Shown: positions 25,797 through 40,099, counted from the first letter of the stretch. The stretch: DNA of 64,000 nt from Takakia lepidozioides (GCA_030704615.1 CM060734.1:55986001-56050000), one strand, 5' to 3'. Notes: a model not told the origin generated them from the sequence alone. Translations and numbers: made by a program.

Positions 25797-28700
25797 TCAC
25801 CAGGGGACAGTCCAATGAGCTGGAGTGGTGACTTTCCAGTAGAATCGCAAGTTGGGAAGCATGGTTCCGAGAGTATCATTTTTCCCCCGGGACTGGTGAA
25901 AATCATTGATGAGCTGCTTGCCACGTTCTTCCGAAGACCTGGAAACAGCTGCACACAAGGTTCCCCAAGCCTTCCTCCCCTCAGTAAGCAGGTCTTGATA
26001 TATATTAAACAGAATAGACCTGCCCCTAGGGGGTCTTCCCTCATACATCTGAGAACACCTAGCCTTCCACAGGTTCCACAGGGTTAGAGCCCTAAGACTG
26101 GCCCAAACTAGGCATGAAGTAGGACTAAAAGAAGGCTGGAAATTCAAGAGCAGCAGAGAAGAAGATATGGGGGATGGGAAGGTATCCCAATTAGAGTAGA
26201 AACACATCACAGCTCTCCAAACTCTGGCAGGAAAAGGCTGTAGTCAGCCAAGCGGTGTTCAATGGTCTCCGGCTGAGCCATGCATAAACCGCAAGAGGAG
26301 TTGTTGAACAAGGTCTTGACATTGACTGGTAAGATCCTATGAGCCAATTTCCACAAGAAAGCTGAGATTTTAGCTGCCCTATGTTTCTTCCAGATATCTT
26401 TCCATACCGAGTCCCAATTGGCTTCTGACAGGTTCAAGTGGCTCCACTTTTCAGACCACCTAGATAAGAAAGAGGTGGGAGTCCTCAACAGAGAATAACC
26501 CATCTTAACTGTATACGCAAAGAAAGGGGAGTGGTGATCATCTGTCCAACTCCACTCCCCTAGGTTAAACCGTAAAGCAGCCATGGGGTACTTAAGAAAC
26601 CAAGTGAAGGTAGAGTGCAAGGCCCATTGCATTTCCAGCCCTGGCGGCGGAGTTGGGTTTGCAGTCCCCTTCTCATCCAGCACTCTAATAGGGAAGAGGA
26701 GCTGCTTCTGCATATCCAAACAACCCACGACACGCAAGTTGCCCTCATAATCTGCCACAAAAGCAATCCCAGAAGCCATATTTCCATTGAGGGAGAGAAC
26801 CAAAAGGACCTTGTTACCACCATTGCTTGATGCAGCAATTCAGATTGGCGGTGTCTCCACATCGTCACCGTTGCTCAGCAGTGAAGTGAAGAAATCTGGG
26901 ATTTCTGCAGTAAGGGAGTACCAGGCCCAGGCACGTCTGGTGCCCACAATTTGAGACACAGTAGGTGCAGGAAGAAGGCTGCCCTGCTCCCAAATGCTGC
27001 CTAGATGAGTAAGGCCACAGTGCTCCCAGAAACCCCACCCTGGTTTTTGAAGAGACAACCTTTTTGAGTTGATTAAGTTGTTCCCAAAAAGGGGCTGACG
27101 GTAGGCTTCTGCATAACAGACCGGTCTTCTTTGGACAAGCTTAGCCCTGATAGACTGCCAAGCCGCCCAAATGGATTGCCATGGGAGAGATCCCAAGTTC
27201 ATTTTAGCATTTTCCCCCTGAACAATCCATCGAAGGGAGTCGGCCCACAAGTGGGATGAGGAGGGTTTGGCCACCATCAGATAGGGCTGGATTAACTTAC
27301 TCCACGGGCTGTGACGATGAACAATGGCTCTAGGAATCCATTTAGCCAGAAGGGCCTTGATTTGAGTTGCCAGATCCAAAATACCAAGGCCTCCTTTCTT
27401 TTTTGGCTGACACAGTTGTTCCCACGAGAGAAGAGCGCGCCTCAAGGGGGATTGAGTGGTTGCACCCTAGATAAAGTTCCGAATGAGAGCTCTCGACCAG
27501 CGATTGATAGCATGGATGAGCTCCAGTGAGCAAGAGATCTTTTTAACCTAGAGATGACATTATGCATTCTGCTTTGCTGGGACAGATTAAGACCTATCTG
27601 GTGCCCAAGTAGGGTGTGAGATTCACCCTCACTGAGCCAATTAAGACCAATGTCTTGCCCCCAAGCGCTACAGTGGGAAGAGGCAGTCTGACTGTGCATT
27701 GCCGAGAGGATCCCCATGGATTTCCGCCAGTTAATGTTCAAACCAGAACCCAAGCAAAAAATGTGCAAGGCCTGTAGTGCACAGTCAATATTCTGTCTGT
27801 TTGAATTGTCCAGCAATAAAGTGGTGTCATCAGCATACATGGACAGTTTTAACATTTCAGGTGCTAATGTGGGCAAGTGAAGGCCCACAATGTCCTGCCT
27901 GGCTTCAAACAAGTGCCCAAGAGAGTCAGCTGCAATGAGAAAAAGGAAAGGTGCCAAGGGGCAACCGTGTCTTACCGACCTTGAAATAGGGACAGATTGG
28001 GAGATGACCCATTAACTATAACCTTACTGGAAGCAGACCTTAGAAGAATCCCCACCCAAGACAAGAAGTGGCCATTCAAGCCAGTCTTTTCCAACGCAGC
28101 AAGGAGGAAGGTCCAATCAATCGAGTCAAAAGCCTTTTCGAAATCCAGCATTAAGAAAGCAAGGGGCTGGTTGTTCAGGATAGCCTGGTGAAGTGCTTCG
28201 TGGGCAAGTAGAATATTATCAAGAATCATACGATCTTTAAGGAAGCCAGTCTACTCCTTCCTAATGATTTTCGGAAGCAGGGGCTGGATTCTCAAAGCCA
28301 GCACTTTGGCGATAATCTTATAAGTAGAGTTGAGCAAGGTAATAGGGTGGTAGTTAGCCACCTTATCCCTCTCCCCTTTTTTGTAGATGAGAGTGATAAG
28401 ACCCTCCGAAATCTAAGAGGGCATCAATTGTTTGAGGAGGATGTCGTTGGCCATATTGAGAAAGTCCTCACCCAAAGTGCCCCATAAGGCTTTGAACAAT
28501 TCAGCTAGCAGACCATTCGGGCCCGGACTTTTGAGAGAAGGCAGGGCCTCCACAGCTTTCCCGAGTTCAGACACAGTAAAAGGTTCTGCCTGATTGGCTT
28601 TGTCCTCATCAGACAGGGAACAAGGAATATTCCTAAGGAGAGCGTTTCTGGCCTCCACCACCTCGGGAGTGTGATCTGTTTTTTGGAAGAGCTGCCTAAA

Positions 28701-29962
28701 GAAGTCAGCTGCAATGCCAGCCATCTTCTTTGGGACAGTACTTGGGAGACCAGAGCTGTCAGACAGAGAGGGGATCAAAGTAGAAGCACGACGTTGGGCC
28801 GCTTTGACGAAAAAATATCTAGACATTTTTTCCCCCTTAAGCGACCAATTGACCCCCGCCTTGACCCTAATGAATTGCTCCCTAGAATGCAGAAGTAAGG
28901 AAAGGTTTTTCTTAGCAGTCTTGTAAGAGATCAGGGTTTGTGGGTCATTCTTTCCCTCTTGCATCCCAAACTGACACACCTGTAGGCATTTGGTTAACGC
29001 TTTCTCTTTTCTGGAGGACTCTTCCGCTATTTTCCTAGACAGTTGCTGACAGTTACTTCTAAGACTCTGAAGCTTTGAAAGAAAGAGGAGGGTGGGGGAG
29101 GAAAAGGGGAGGTCAGCAGAGGACCAAACCCTTTGAAGCTGGAGGATAACCTCCAGGTCTTTGAGAAGGAGGGGGTTTAACTTAAAGAAACCTCTACCCC
29201 TTACCCTAGCCCCTGGGGTGTGGAGAGAGAGGTGAACAGTAGAGTGGTCAAAGCCCGGAGCTATGGGGGCAATTGGAGATCTGACAGTCCAGTTTAACAA
29301 ATGCTCGGAGCAGTAAAATCTATCTAAGCGAGCAAGAGAGAGGTTAGGAGGCACCCTATTGTTAGACCAAGTGAACTTGAGGTCACGATCGGCCGGGGGT
29401 GAAGCATCCAACAGACCAACCGCCAAGCAAAGGGAATCCCAAGAATCTCTTTCAGCCACTGAGAGACCATGGACATTACCACCAAAACGGTCATTGTCAA
29501 ACTCCACCATATTAAAATCCCCGCCCATAATCCAGTGTTGAATGTCTAGACGTTGAAGCATTCTCAACCTTACCAGGGACCACAAGTCGATTCGCTCCAC
29601 TTCACTGTTTGGAGCATACACATTCAGCACCCCAACATTCCCTATAGACTGACCCAGGTTCATGACAACAAGCTGAATCCTCCCCTGGACCCATATTTCA
29701 TTAGATATAACATTAGGGCCCAACGAAGGAGAGATCAAGATCGTAGTCCCTCCTCTGGAATCAGTGATCGTGGGGTTTGGAAGGCCAAATAGAAGCACCC
29801 AGAGAAGCAATTTTTCGCGGGGTCCAGTTTGTGCTCTCGAAGAAAAATTAGAGAGGATTTATTGATGAAGTGAGAGGCCCAGCGTCTGATTCTTGCCCTT
29901 TTTGGGGCCAAGTGATCAGACCCAATGCCTCGTATATTCCAAGAAGTTAGGGATAGATTCAT
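25797..29962 (-). pseudogene. L1 ORF2 (APE endonuclease, reverse transcriptase, zf-RVT), frameshifted
   Basis: SWNIRG, NVYAPN, GGDFN, RLDRFY, DH; LDFEKAFD, GCPLAP, YADDTT; KKKGGLG; C..C....ETIEH. Multiple stops and frameshifts. Confidence 0.95.
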
Positions 29963-30576
29963 GGAACAGAGGGGTTAAGGCCCGCAGTGACAACGCGATT
30001 TGATAGCCAGGTAGGTAAAAAGCAGAATTTTGTCCTTTTGTCAGAAGGCTGCAACATATAGATCCATTGAAAGCCAGCAGGACGTGACTTCCGCGTGAGC
30101 GTGAGAGCGTATGCTCACGCGGAGGTGACGTGGCGTGAGCGCAGGCTCACACCAGCTGATGTGGCGTGAGCATGGGGTTGCGCTGACGTGGCGTGAGCGT
30201 GAGGCTGACGTGGCGTGGGCCTGCTGACGTGTCAATATCCAGCTGACGTGGCAGTCGTCAGAATAACGTGGCATCTGGACAACTTGTCAGATGCCATGTC
30301 ATCAGAAATATGTAGCACCTATAGCCGAGGGGCCTATAGCCGTGGCATTCATTCATGCAAAACACCAGAAATTAAAATGCAGGAATGACTTGTGAAAGCA
30401 TTTGCATCCATTCCATTTATTTTCGAACGACTACACACAAGAAAGAAATGGCAGACATTGCACAACATAATTGGAGGTTGCATTGGCATCAAATATATGA
30501 AGGGACATCAAGTTCAAGTTTCAACTCTTGTGAAATCCAGTAATGGAATTTGCAGATGACCAAAGTGAAGAGGATG

Positions 30577-33500
30577 TTATGTGCTCCTATCCTGCTGCAT
30601 GAGTGTATTCACCTCGTTGAAACTCATGGTGGCCTGGTGAATGAAGATGTCGCGTCTGGGATCACATACCATTCTGTTCAAGAAGATAAAATACAGATGC
30701 TTGCAGGGTATAAATTTGCCTGTCTTTCCCAAACTTGTTGTAAGCATGCCAACAAAATCTGGACAGGTGCAGTTGGGGAAATTTGAAACTGTGATGTCGT
30801 ACAACCGGTCGTGCATAGCGGATGTGGAGGTCATCATAGTGTAGATTCGTCCATACCCGGGATGTGGAACTTCCGTAGTGCCTGTAACACGACCTTGAAG
30901 CATTCGAGCGGATTCCACATTGCCGAAATGCTCGGCAGTTGGAGGGAAACAATGAACCAGCTTCCCATTTTGTTTTGTTGGCCATGCATCAGCGTTTGGT
31001 GGTGGCACTCCAGAACTTGCTGAAGTAGAAGCACCTGCATGTACAGAGGGGGCTCGTTGAAGGGAGAAGCCTGCCTCCTCCAGCATGGCAATCTCGTGAG
31101 TTGTGAGATGTGTCCCCACCTTCACAGGCCAAACGCTTGGTGGAGCAGGCTTCATGACAACCGATGGTCGCACAGTCCCACGCACGCACCTACCACAGTC
31201 GTCAGGGCAGAACCAGAATTTGTGGTTCTTCGCCTCGGCTTGCCCGTAAGGCGTGAACAAACCAGTGAAGGTCGGAGCCGGAGTGCGGACCTTGCCTCTG
31301 GATATGGAGGACTTGCATTTCTCACGATTGGTTGCTCTGATTGCCGTGCACTTCACTCGAGACCCAGCAGTGGTGCGTTCTATGTGCCAGACTTCGTCGG
31401 GGCACATAGACTCCACCACAGGGGGGAGCACGTTCGCCTCCTGCCCCATTGCACTCACTATGGGAGATGGCTGCCTTTGGCTTTGTGACAAAGGATTGTC
31501 CGCACTGGATATGCCAGAAATGAACCTCTGATGAAATGGAACACGCGGCATGGAGAAGTTGTCCCTGTCCGGCCTGTGGGAGTCCGCATCCGACCCAGGA
31601 GAGGTGTTCAATTTCCGTTTATAAGACCCGAATCTCTCCTCACCCTCCAGATGGGGAACTCTGGACACCAGTGGAGTTCCTTCCGCACACATGCTGCCAG
31701 CCCTGGCAATCTTGTTCGGATCCCCTGATCTTCTTGCTGCTCGCAACATCAACTTGGACTTGTCTGGACCCTTGCCACCAACGCCACCCCGCAAGAACTC
31801 CCGATATCTCGTTGTTAGATCATTTGCCGTCGCCACATACAAATCCCGGCCCCGCTTTCCAGATTGCTGCAACCATACATTGTGCACCGTCTCCGCCAGA
31901 TTGCAAGAGGGCATGTCCGCCATCTCCTCAATTGAGAAGTGCTGCAAAATGGAAAAACATATATCATAAAGAGGACAGGCACACCCCACCACAACAGACA
32001 TGATTGGAAATGGATACGAAGTCAATGAAATTTTCAAGTTTTCAAATGCATGCAGCGTTGTCATGCATGCTCCCCATTGTCTGTACCGGAAGTGCCAAAA
32101 TGTCAGCCAATCTTCTAGCGCTCTCATATTGTCTTCTGATGCAGCCTAGATGAGAACCACCAGGCACGAATTGTCTGGAACAATGTATTCGTCTTCCATG
32201 CTTTTCACATCTTTGTACTGTTTGCATAGCCTAAGATGAATAGGCTACATTTCCGGTTTGATGTCTGCCTTTGTATGTTTCTCAAGGGACTGGGTCCAAT
32301 GGAAAAGACATGTTCGCTCTCTTCCTGGCATTGGCACCTTTGGATCTCCTGATCCAAACACAATGCGAATAGCATTGAAGTTTGCTTGAGCACTGTCTGC
32401 CATAAATCCGGCGAAATTTGGACATGGGACACCTTGGGAGTCCATAACGCGAATGAGACTTCTCCACATTAGCTGCTGCGAATCCGCATCCTCTGATTGC
32501 ATGTCACACACTGCAATTGTCATGACTCGCTGGTAGAAAGGATCGTAAACATGACACGTCATTGTAATCCAGTCTTTCACTCGTTTGACGTGATCAAACA
32601 TAAGGAAACAGTTCTGAAGATCGCCACCCTTCTGCATGCACTTCACAAGACTGACTCCGCTGCCCTCCCCGGCTGTGGACATTTGAAAACGTACACTTTG
32701 TTGGACCCTTGACCTGGGAACACACTCTCTTGAATATAGTCATACCTGCTCCGTCGCTTCAACTCGAAAATGTTATCAACGTACCCTCTGTTAGTAGAGC
32801 CCATCCTCAATGCATTCACCTGGTTTTTAATGTTCGGCGAGCTCAAGGTAGAGAAGTGATCCATAACATTGTCCAAGGCTGACCCGTCGAGTTTCCTGCC
32901 CACAGAATCTCCTTCACTAAGAATATGGGTTTCCAGGAAAGTCTTGCTTGCTTCAAGAACAATTGTGGAGGTGGTGGCTGTTGGATTGCTCTCATACTCT
33001 TGTCTTATCAACCTGGATATTGTTTTAATGCTTTCCCTGTAATCCCCCTTCAACACTGGATGGTTGTGGAACCCGAAATGCACACCGGCTCTAGTCAAGG
33101 TTGGAAAACGGTGCACCACATAGTACATTCTTGCTCCACACACTGCCACACAGGAAGGCGCTCGTTTGCAGAACTTGCAAACGAAAGTGTTGGAGCTTGG
33201 AGGTGCTTCACCGGGCTTGAAAGGATTCTCGGCGACACCCTCCCACTTGCTCTGGTTCTGAACCTCTGACCGCAGGAAATGTCTGCAACTCAAATTCTCG
33301 CACCTCAGGTGCCCATTGCACACCGCTCTCATGAACACGAGCTTGTCATCATTTTGAATATTGGATGACTTCGTTCTGCACCATGGGTGTCCATCGTGTC
33401 TCTTGTCCATTCCGTGCATGAGGCTCAAAACGGGTCCACCTCGCCCAGGTGGAGGCAGCTCGAAGACGACATCCCCATCAAAAGATTCTGGAAGGTACTG

Positions 33501-34106
33501 CACACGCTCAACAGGGACAATATCCCAGTCAATCCCCCGCAATTCACTCTTGAAACTGGGCATTCCTCCCATTGACTTCAGTTTAGGAATGACACTACAC
33601 AGGTCCTTCAATTCCGGCACCACGACCACCGGAGAAGGAGCAAGAAAAGGATTTTTCGGGACGTCCTCCTCCTCGGAGTCGGAGAGTTCAACAATTTGTC
33701 TAGAAGTTGTGGGCTCCGTCTTCACGACCACATTCCTCTTGTCTTGAACAACAGAAGCAGCAGTTCCCGGCGTCACATACGAACCAATCGACTGCCGGCG
33801 AGGAGCTCCAAGGACTCTGTATCTTCCTGGAGGAACTCTCCACTGACTCATAAGTGCGTTTTCATCCGGTTTCTGGAAAGCATACTTCTTCAACTTCCCA
33901 TCGACACCGTAAACCTCTCTTTCCAGCCACACAGTACCATACTGGAACTCGAAACGCGTAGCTAGGAGATGTTCCTCCGCAATTGCAAAACCATTGTCAT
34001 CGGTCTCCTTCAAGAAAGGTATTGGTTTCTCCACAGAGTAAAACTCCGCTTCGGATGAAGCCATGTTGCTGCAAGAGAAATTCCCTCGCAGAAGTGCGGA
34101 AGCCAC
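30577..34106 (-). pseudogene. MULE-type transposase with GCM-like DNA-binding domain, DDE core and SWIM finger
   Basis: GHPW..C.GHLRC.N..C..CKFC..C.ARMY..H.GFHNHP (GCM fold); FLMFDHVK..FMADSAQANFNA..CLFHW..NLAETVHN; CTCPDF..CKH. Frameshift near 32680, stop at 32245, probable intron about 32057-31943. Confidence 0.85.
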
Positions 34107-34823
34107 AACTTCTGTGCGGACTCTTGTTACAAACGATAGTGGGGATTACATTTCTCATGCTTTGCATTTCAGACCGAAACCCAAAAGTCCGTCACCTTTA
34201 CTAACGAGGTCGGCAAAGGACAACACGTCATGTATGTCCCAAACCGTTCTGGAAGGGTCAGCCAAGACCTATTTTTAAAGCTGACGTACCGTTAAAGAGC
34301 CTTTCAGAAACAGTTGTCAAAACAGTTCATAAAACAGTTGTTAAGCAGTTATGTGCCTTTACAGACACATGTGAAATGACGGTGGAGACCGACGTCCCAT
34401 GCCACCCCAATGTGTTCAGCCACGTGGTACCCGACATGCATTGAGTATAGGGTTTGAGAGGAATCGGCGTCGAACGAATGGAAGATGTTCATCCGGGAGA
34501 ATCCAAAAAATATACTGAAATTAGTCATCCATCCGAATCAAATCCATGCAATGGCCATACCTCCATAATGAAAGACGGCGGCCACCGCAGAATGGACGAG
34601 TGTGCCATTAGGAGGGGGACACGTATGCAGTGAATACATGCATAACCGTCGAGAGCGAGGCCCCGGCTGCTATTCATCGCACGACGTCTCTCATTCCAGT
34701 AGATCGTAGTTTTTCAAGCTGGAGAGTAGCAGGAGACAGAGTTTCGCGCGAGAGAGTGGAAGGCGTAGAAGACAGTCATTCTTTTTTACTTCAGCGCGAG
34801 AGAGGAAGAAGGCAAGAGAGAGA

Positions 34824-35430
34824 ATGAAAGGCCGAAAACTGAACATGACACTGAATGAGATCGCAGAGGAGAGCGCAGCCCTGGAAACCGAACACATGGC
34901 GGTGGAGGACCAGCCGCCAGCTCGTGATGAAGTTGGGGACGAAATTGCGTCAGAGGACGACCCAAACGCTATGGACACAGACGAGGCAGACGCTCTTGCG
35001 AAGGAATCCACGTCGAAGGGTAAGAACGTCGTGGAGGAGGAGGCGACACCAAAGGTTAAGAAGGCTGTCGTTGTTGCCACATCAAAGGCATCTGGGAGTT
35101 CTTCAGCCAAAGGACCTCAGGTGATTCTCTTACTTGCCATCTTCTGTCAAGTTTCCAGGGCATGAAAATTGCGTGCGGTGGCGCACGCAATTTTCTTGCC
35201 CTCTTTTCTGTTTTTTTTTTGCTTGATCATTCAGAGTGAGACCACAGGGATGCAGGCAATGCATAACAACCAAACCCGGGTGTGACCCACTTCTCGCTTT
35301 TCATGTACTGCATAGGAGGAGGGACTTTCACATTGCATAATGGTTGTACCATCCCAAGTACATTAGAGTTCGACAGCTGAGAGAAGGCCATACAGAGAAC
35401 CTCCAGAAATTGAGTGCTTGTCCAACTTCC
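34824..35430 (+). pseudogene. Probable 5' exons of the MULE accessory gene (acidic/basic low-complexity exon plus a ParB-like remnant)
   Basis: ATG 34824, exon ending GPQ|gt at about 35120; downstream remnant YIRVRQLREGHTENLQKL (35359-35412); cut off by CACTA sequence. Confidence 0.45.
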
Positions 35431-35496
35431 CTGTCTTGACATACATACCCTATCTCTTCGTGATTTTACCAAAAACATACATAATTTGAATCATGG

Positions 35497-35805
35497 TCAT
35501 TGTGAAGAACTATAACTCACAGACGGAGAAGCTGTTCGTAGTGTAGATGATGGGCATTTTTGTCCTACGACATGAGCATGGGCATGTTCTCCTCGGCTTG
35601 CCGTGGCATCCGCCGACGACGCACTCGCCTCGCACTGGCGTGGGAGGAGTGGATCGTCCTCATCGTCCTCAGAAGAGCCCTCATGCAGAATCGTAGTCTT
35701 CATCGTCTTCAGTCTGGCACTTTGCCTTGCAGGACCTTGATCCCTAGCTTTTTCCTTCGGAGCGCGTGGCTTGCGAGGGCGATTCGCTCCCGCAAGCCTG
35801 CACAA
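35497..35805 (-). pseudogene. Truncated exon divergent from TnpD, possible second CACTA gene
   Basis: tgtgcag acceptor followed by a basic/acidic ORF (RKPRAPKEK..RQSARLK..SSEDDEDD). Confidence 0.3.
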
Positions 35806-35895
35806 ACACCTCCATGACCTCCCTCTCAAACAATCACAAACAAATGCAAGCATACATACCCTAATACTCTTAAGCCTAGTGCAGGTGGCGACCGG

Positions 35896-38800
35896 ATGCG
35901 TAGGCGTAGAATAGATGACCGTCTATGGCAAATGGAAGAAGCTTATGCCACAAGGAATGTGCATACAAAAATGCTATGCAACTGCGATGAGTATCATGGA
36001 GGGAAAGTACTGTTGTTGGAAACAGTGAGGAATCATTACATGATACACGGGAGGGATCCTCTTCTCCGACGATGTTCTCTTCCGGTACGATCGTCACTTT
36101 CCCTTCAGCACTTTAGTTTGAATTTTGAATGCAACGATCCTCTTCTCCACATGTCGACATTTCATTGGGTGATTGTAGTCAAGAAGTCATAAGATACATA
36201 CATGACTATGACTACGTCACTTCCGTTATCACTTTAATTAATGCACATGTCGTGTTTTCATTGGTCATGTGTAGTCATGTAGTCATATATGACTAACTAA
36301 GTGACTGCAACTATGACTTCAATGGCTACAAATGTCGTGTTTTGATTGGGTGTATATTCATAAGATACATACGTAAATATGACTGCATCACTGCAACGTC
36401 ACCATGCCTCCTATGTCATAATATGAACAAGTGTCACATCGTTGTTGGTCCACTCACAAGATGACTATTGGGATGCAGGGATGTGAATATTCAGATGATG
36501 AAGACGAAGGCCCTGCGGCACAGCGGGAGCCCAATGTCACAGAGAACGCAGATGAGAGTGGTGGATTGGAGGTAGAAATCCAGCGTGCATTGCAGGAAGC
36601 GTTTCTCTTTGCAGATGCAAACAGAGAGGACCCCATTCATGGTGGAACCGATCACACATTTGCCGATCATGACGATGACCTCGACGATTCCGGAGACAAT
36701 GAATTTGATGAGAATGCTCACCTGCACGTTGATCCCGAGTATGATAAACTCTTCCGATAGTCGCAATGTCCACTTTTTGAAGGGTGCTCGATCAGCCGGC
36801 TGCAAGCAACTTTGACGTTGCTGAACGCATGCACTACCCACAAGTGCACCAATGCATTTGTAGATGAGCTTCTAGGATTGTTGCGTAAGAGTTTTTTGCC
36901 TAAAGAGAATTCATTGTCGAAAACTCACTATGAAGCAAAAACCATGATTGCCAAGATGGGATTGCAGTACACCATGATTCATGCCTGTGAGCGTGGTTGT
37001 GTACTCTTCCGTGGGGAGTATGAGAATGTAGACATTTGCCCAGTGTGCCGCAGTTCCCGTTACATTCCAGGTCGTGGAAGTGTGCCCAAGAAAGTATTGC
37101 GACACTTCCCTGTCATTCCAAGGTCGAAACGTATGTACCGATGTAAATCGATTGCTAACCTCATGACATGGCACGACAGACATAAGAGCCATGATAGGTT
37201 GGTTCGATATCCAACTGATAGCAAAGCATGGAGACACATTGACACCACATTTGAGGATTTTGCTGTAGAGCTACGATCTCTGCGATTTGGATTGGCCTTA
37301 GACGGTGTAAATCCCTACGGAGCTCAATCCACAAGTTGGAACACATGGCCCGTTCTCTTGGTCAATTACAATCTGCCTCCGTGGTTAATGACCAAAAAGT
37401 TCTTTGTCATGTTAGCGCTACTGATTCCTGGTAAGGAGTCTGTTACCTCAGATAACGTAGATGTTTACCTGATGCCCCTAGTGGAAGAGCTACTGGAACT
37501 ATGGAGAGGGATTGCAGCTCATGATGTTTCCCGTCCTCGTGGTCAACGCGAATTCACACTGAGGGCAGTGTTGATGTGGTCAATCCATGACTACCTTGCA
37601 TATGGCTTGCTCTCAAGTCAAGTGACGAAAGGTTATGCTGGTTGTCCAGCTTGTGGACCCGGGGTGACTTCACAGCAGTTACACACATGTGGAAAAACTG
37701 TTTTCCTAGGCCACCGAAGATTTTTGGCCCGCAATCATCCATATAGAAGGTCAAGAATGTTCAATGGCGCTACTGAGCATGGAACTTCTCCAAAAACGCA
37801 GACTGGAACACAAATCAAGGAGCTTGCAACAGCTCGCACTGCATGGGTGGAAAACGGAGGGACGCCAGATAGCAGGATAGACCCAACAAAACCTCATGGA
37901 GTTAAGCGATTGTCAATTTTATATGTCTTACCTTATTGGGAGGTAATTCTTTCATGGCCTTTAAATTGGCTGTGTACATTTTTGCGTTTTCTGTTTAAAT
38001 TGTGATGAGTAAATGCTCAATTGCTTATGTGTTCATTTTGTAGGGTCTCCTCATCCGCCACACGTTTGACGCAATACATTGCGAGAAGAACTTGGCTGAA
38101 AATATTATTAAAACTATCTTTGGTGAGAAAGACACATTGAAAGTTCGCCGTGATTTGGAGCTACTTGGGATGCGCCCGGAATTGTGGCTACAACGTGATC
38201 CTGACAGAGCAGATACGTTAATTATGCCTCCTGCCCCTTATGTCCTCACTGAGGCTGAGTTACAAGTCTTTCTGGAGATTGTGCAGAACTTGAAAGTGCC
38301 AACAGGCTACGCATCAGCTTTCAAAAAGCATGTGGTAAAGAAGAAGTTGTCTGGCATGAAATCACATGACTATCATGTGCTCATGCAGCAAATTATACCG
38401 CTTGCTATTCGTGGGCTCATGGCAAGTGGTCCTCGAAGGGCCATTTTGCGAGTATGTCGTGTATTTAAGAAGTTGTGTGCAAAAGTGGTGAATCCTGTAG
38501 AGTATGAGGAATTGAGAACTGAAGCAGTTGTCACTCTGTGTCTTATAGAGAAGGAGTTCCCACCATCATTTTTTGATGTGATGACACATCTGGTTGTTCA
38601 CCTAGTGGATGAGTTGTACTTATGCGGGCCCGTGGCATCTCGTTGGATGTACCCCATGGAGCGGGCAATGAAAGATATGAAGGGCTACGTAAGAAACATG
38701 GCAAGGCCCGAGGGGAGCATGGCAGAAAGATACCAATTTGAAGAAGCATTGGGGTTTTGCACAGAGTATATGGCAGGATTTGATGGAAGTGTACGAAGGG

Positions 38801-40025
38801 TGTGGGATGTAGATGAGGCAGAATCTGTGGAACGTGAAATTGTGGAAGGAAGTTCTAAAGCCCGAAAACTGAATGACCTGTGTGATATTGTACATGCGTA
38901 CATCATTCAGAACCATCCTCGTCTGTCAGTCATGTTGGGGTAAGAAATCTACTTCATTGACATTCAGATTTCCAAGTTTTAGTCATTTATCATTAGTTGG
39001 CATATGGCGTCTTTTCATATCTCCCACGCCACCTCTGTCAATCTCCTGGCTGACCCTCGGATTGTGACAGGATATATGAAGCAGAGTCCACACGGATAGA
39101 AGCCAGACGACGCTTGTTTCGTGAGGAGCAAGGGCTGGAAGGCATGAGCAATCCCACGGCAATTCAGTACCCTCCTGATTTGCATCCTTGTCCTCCATTT
39201 GCTGTTTGGCTCCCTCAAGGTGTACGGGATCATCTCTCAATTCAATCAGATGGGCTTGACCCTACAACACGTGAGGAATTACTGGATCTTTCAAGGCCTC
39301 CATCATTTACTGCCTTGTCATTCAAGAGTATGACAGCGTATGGTAACCATTACAGGGTTACATCCCCCGGCATGAACACAACAAGTATGGTGTCTTTTGA
39401 TTGTGGAGTCTCATCTGTTTTCCAGCACCAGCCCATTACCAACAATTCAGGCAATGACATGGAGGAACCTACAAGATATGTGGGTCTTATAAGGGAGATT
39501 TTGCAAATTGACTATGGCCAAACACAGCCTGTAGTGTTTTTGTGTTTGTGGGTACGGGCGCGTCGCGTGGGTCGTCAACCTATGTCAATGAAGCAGGATG
39601 ATGTTGGCTTCACACTAGTCAATTTTAACCGTATGCTTCCACCTTCTGAGCAACCTTTTGTGTTTCCTAGCCAGGTTGATCAAGTGTTTTTTTCTGATTG
39701 TGTGAAGGAGCCGGGGTGGAAAGTCGTCCTAGAGAAGAGCCCCCGAACACGTAGAGTGGTCTGCGACATATCAATTGATAATGATGATGTGGCGGAAGTG
39801 GAAGGATTGTTAGCCCCACAAAGACTAGAGGAGACTCTGGTTACTGATGGCCCAACATGCAGCCGAGCGGTACCGGTTACTCCAGAGCAGGTGGCCTCCT
39901 TGTACCTCCGAGCACCCCGTATACGTGGTGATGATGTTCAGCCAACCCTTGGACAAGATCAAGTCTGTGATGAAGACAGTGATACATGTAGTGACCCAGA
40001 CATAGATGAGGATGATGAAGATTAG
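35896..40025 (+). pseudogene. CACTA TnpD-like transposase (Transposase_21, DUF4218, DUF4216); exons about 35896-36084, 36479-37942, 38044-38939, 39071-40025
   Basis: IHAC..GCVLFR..CPVC, LALDGVNPY, YNLPPW, WSIHDY, GMKSHDYH, FPPSFFDVMTHL, RWMYPMER, PFVFPSQVDQVFF; one in-frame TAG at 36758. Confidence 0.93.
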
Positions 40026-40099
40026 ATATGATAGATTTGTGCACTCCAGTTATAGACCATGCATAATAGTTTAAGGTGGTAACACTCCCTTTGCATTCC

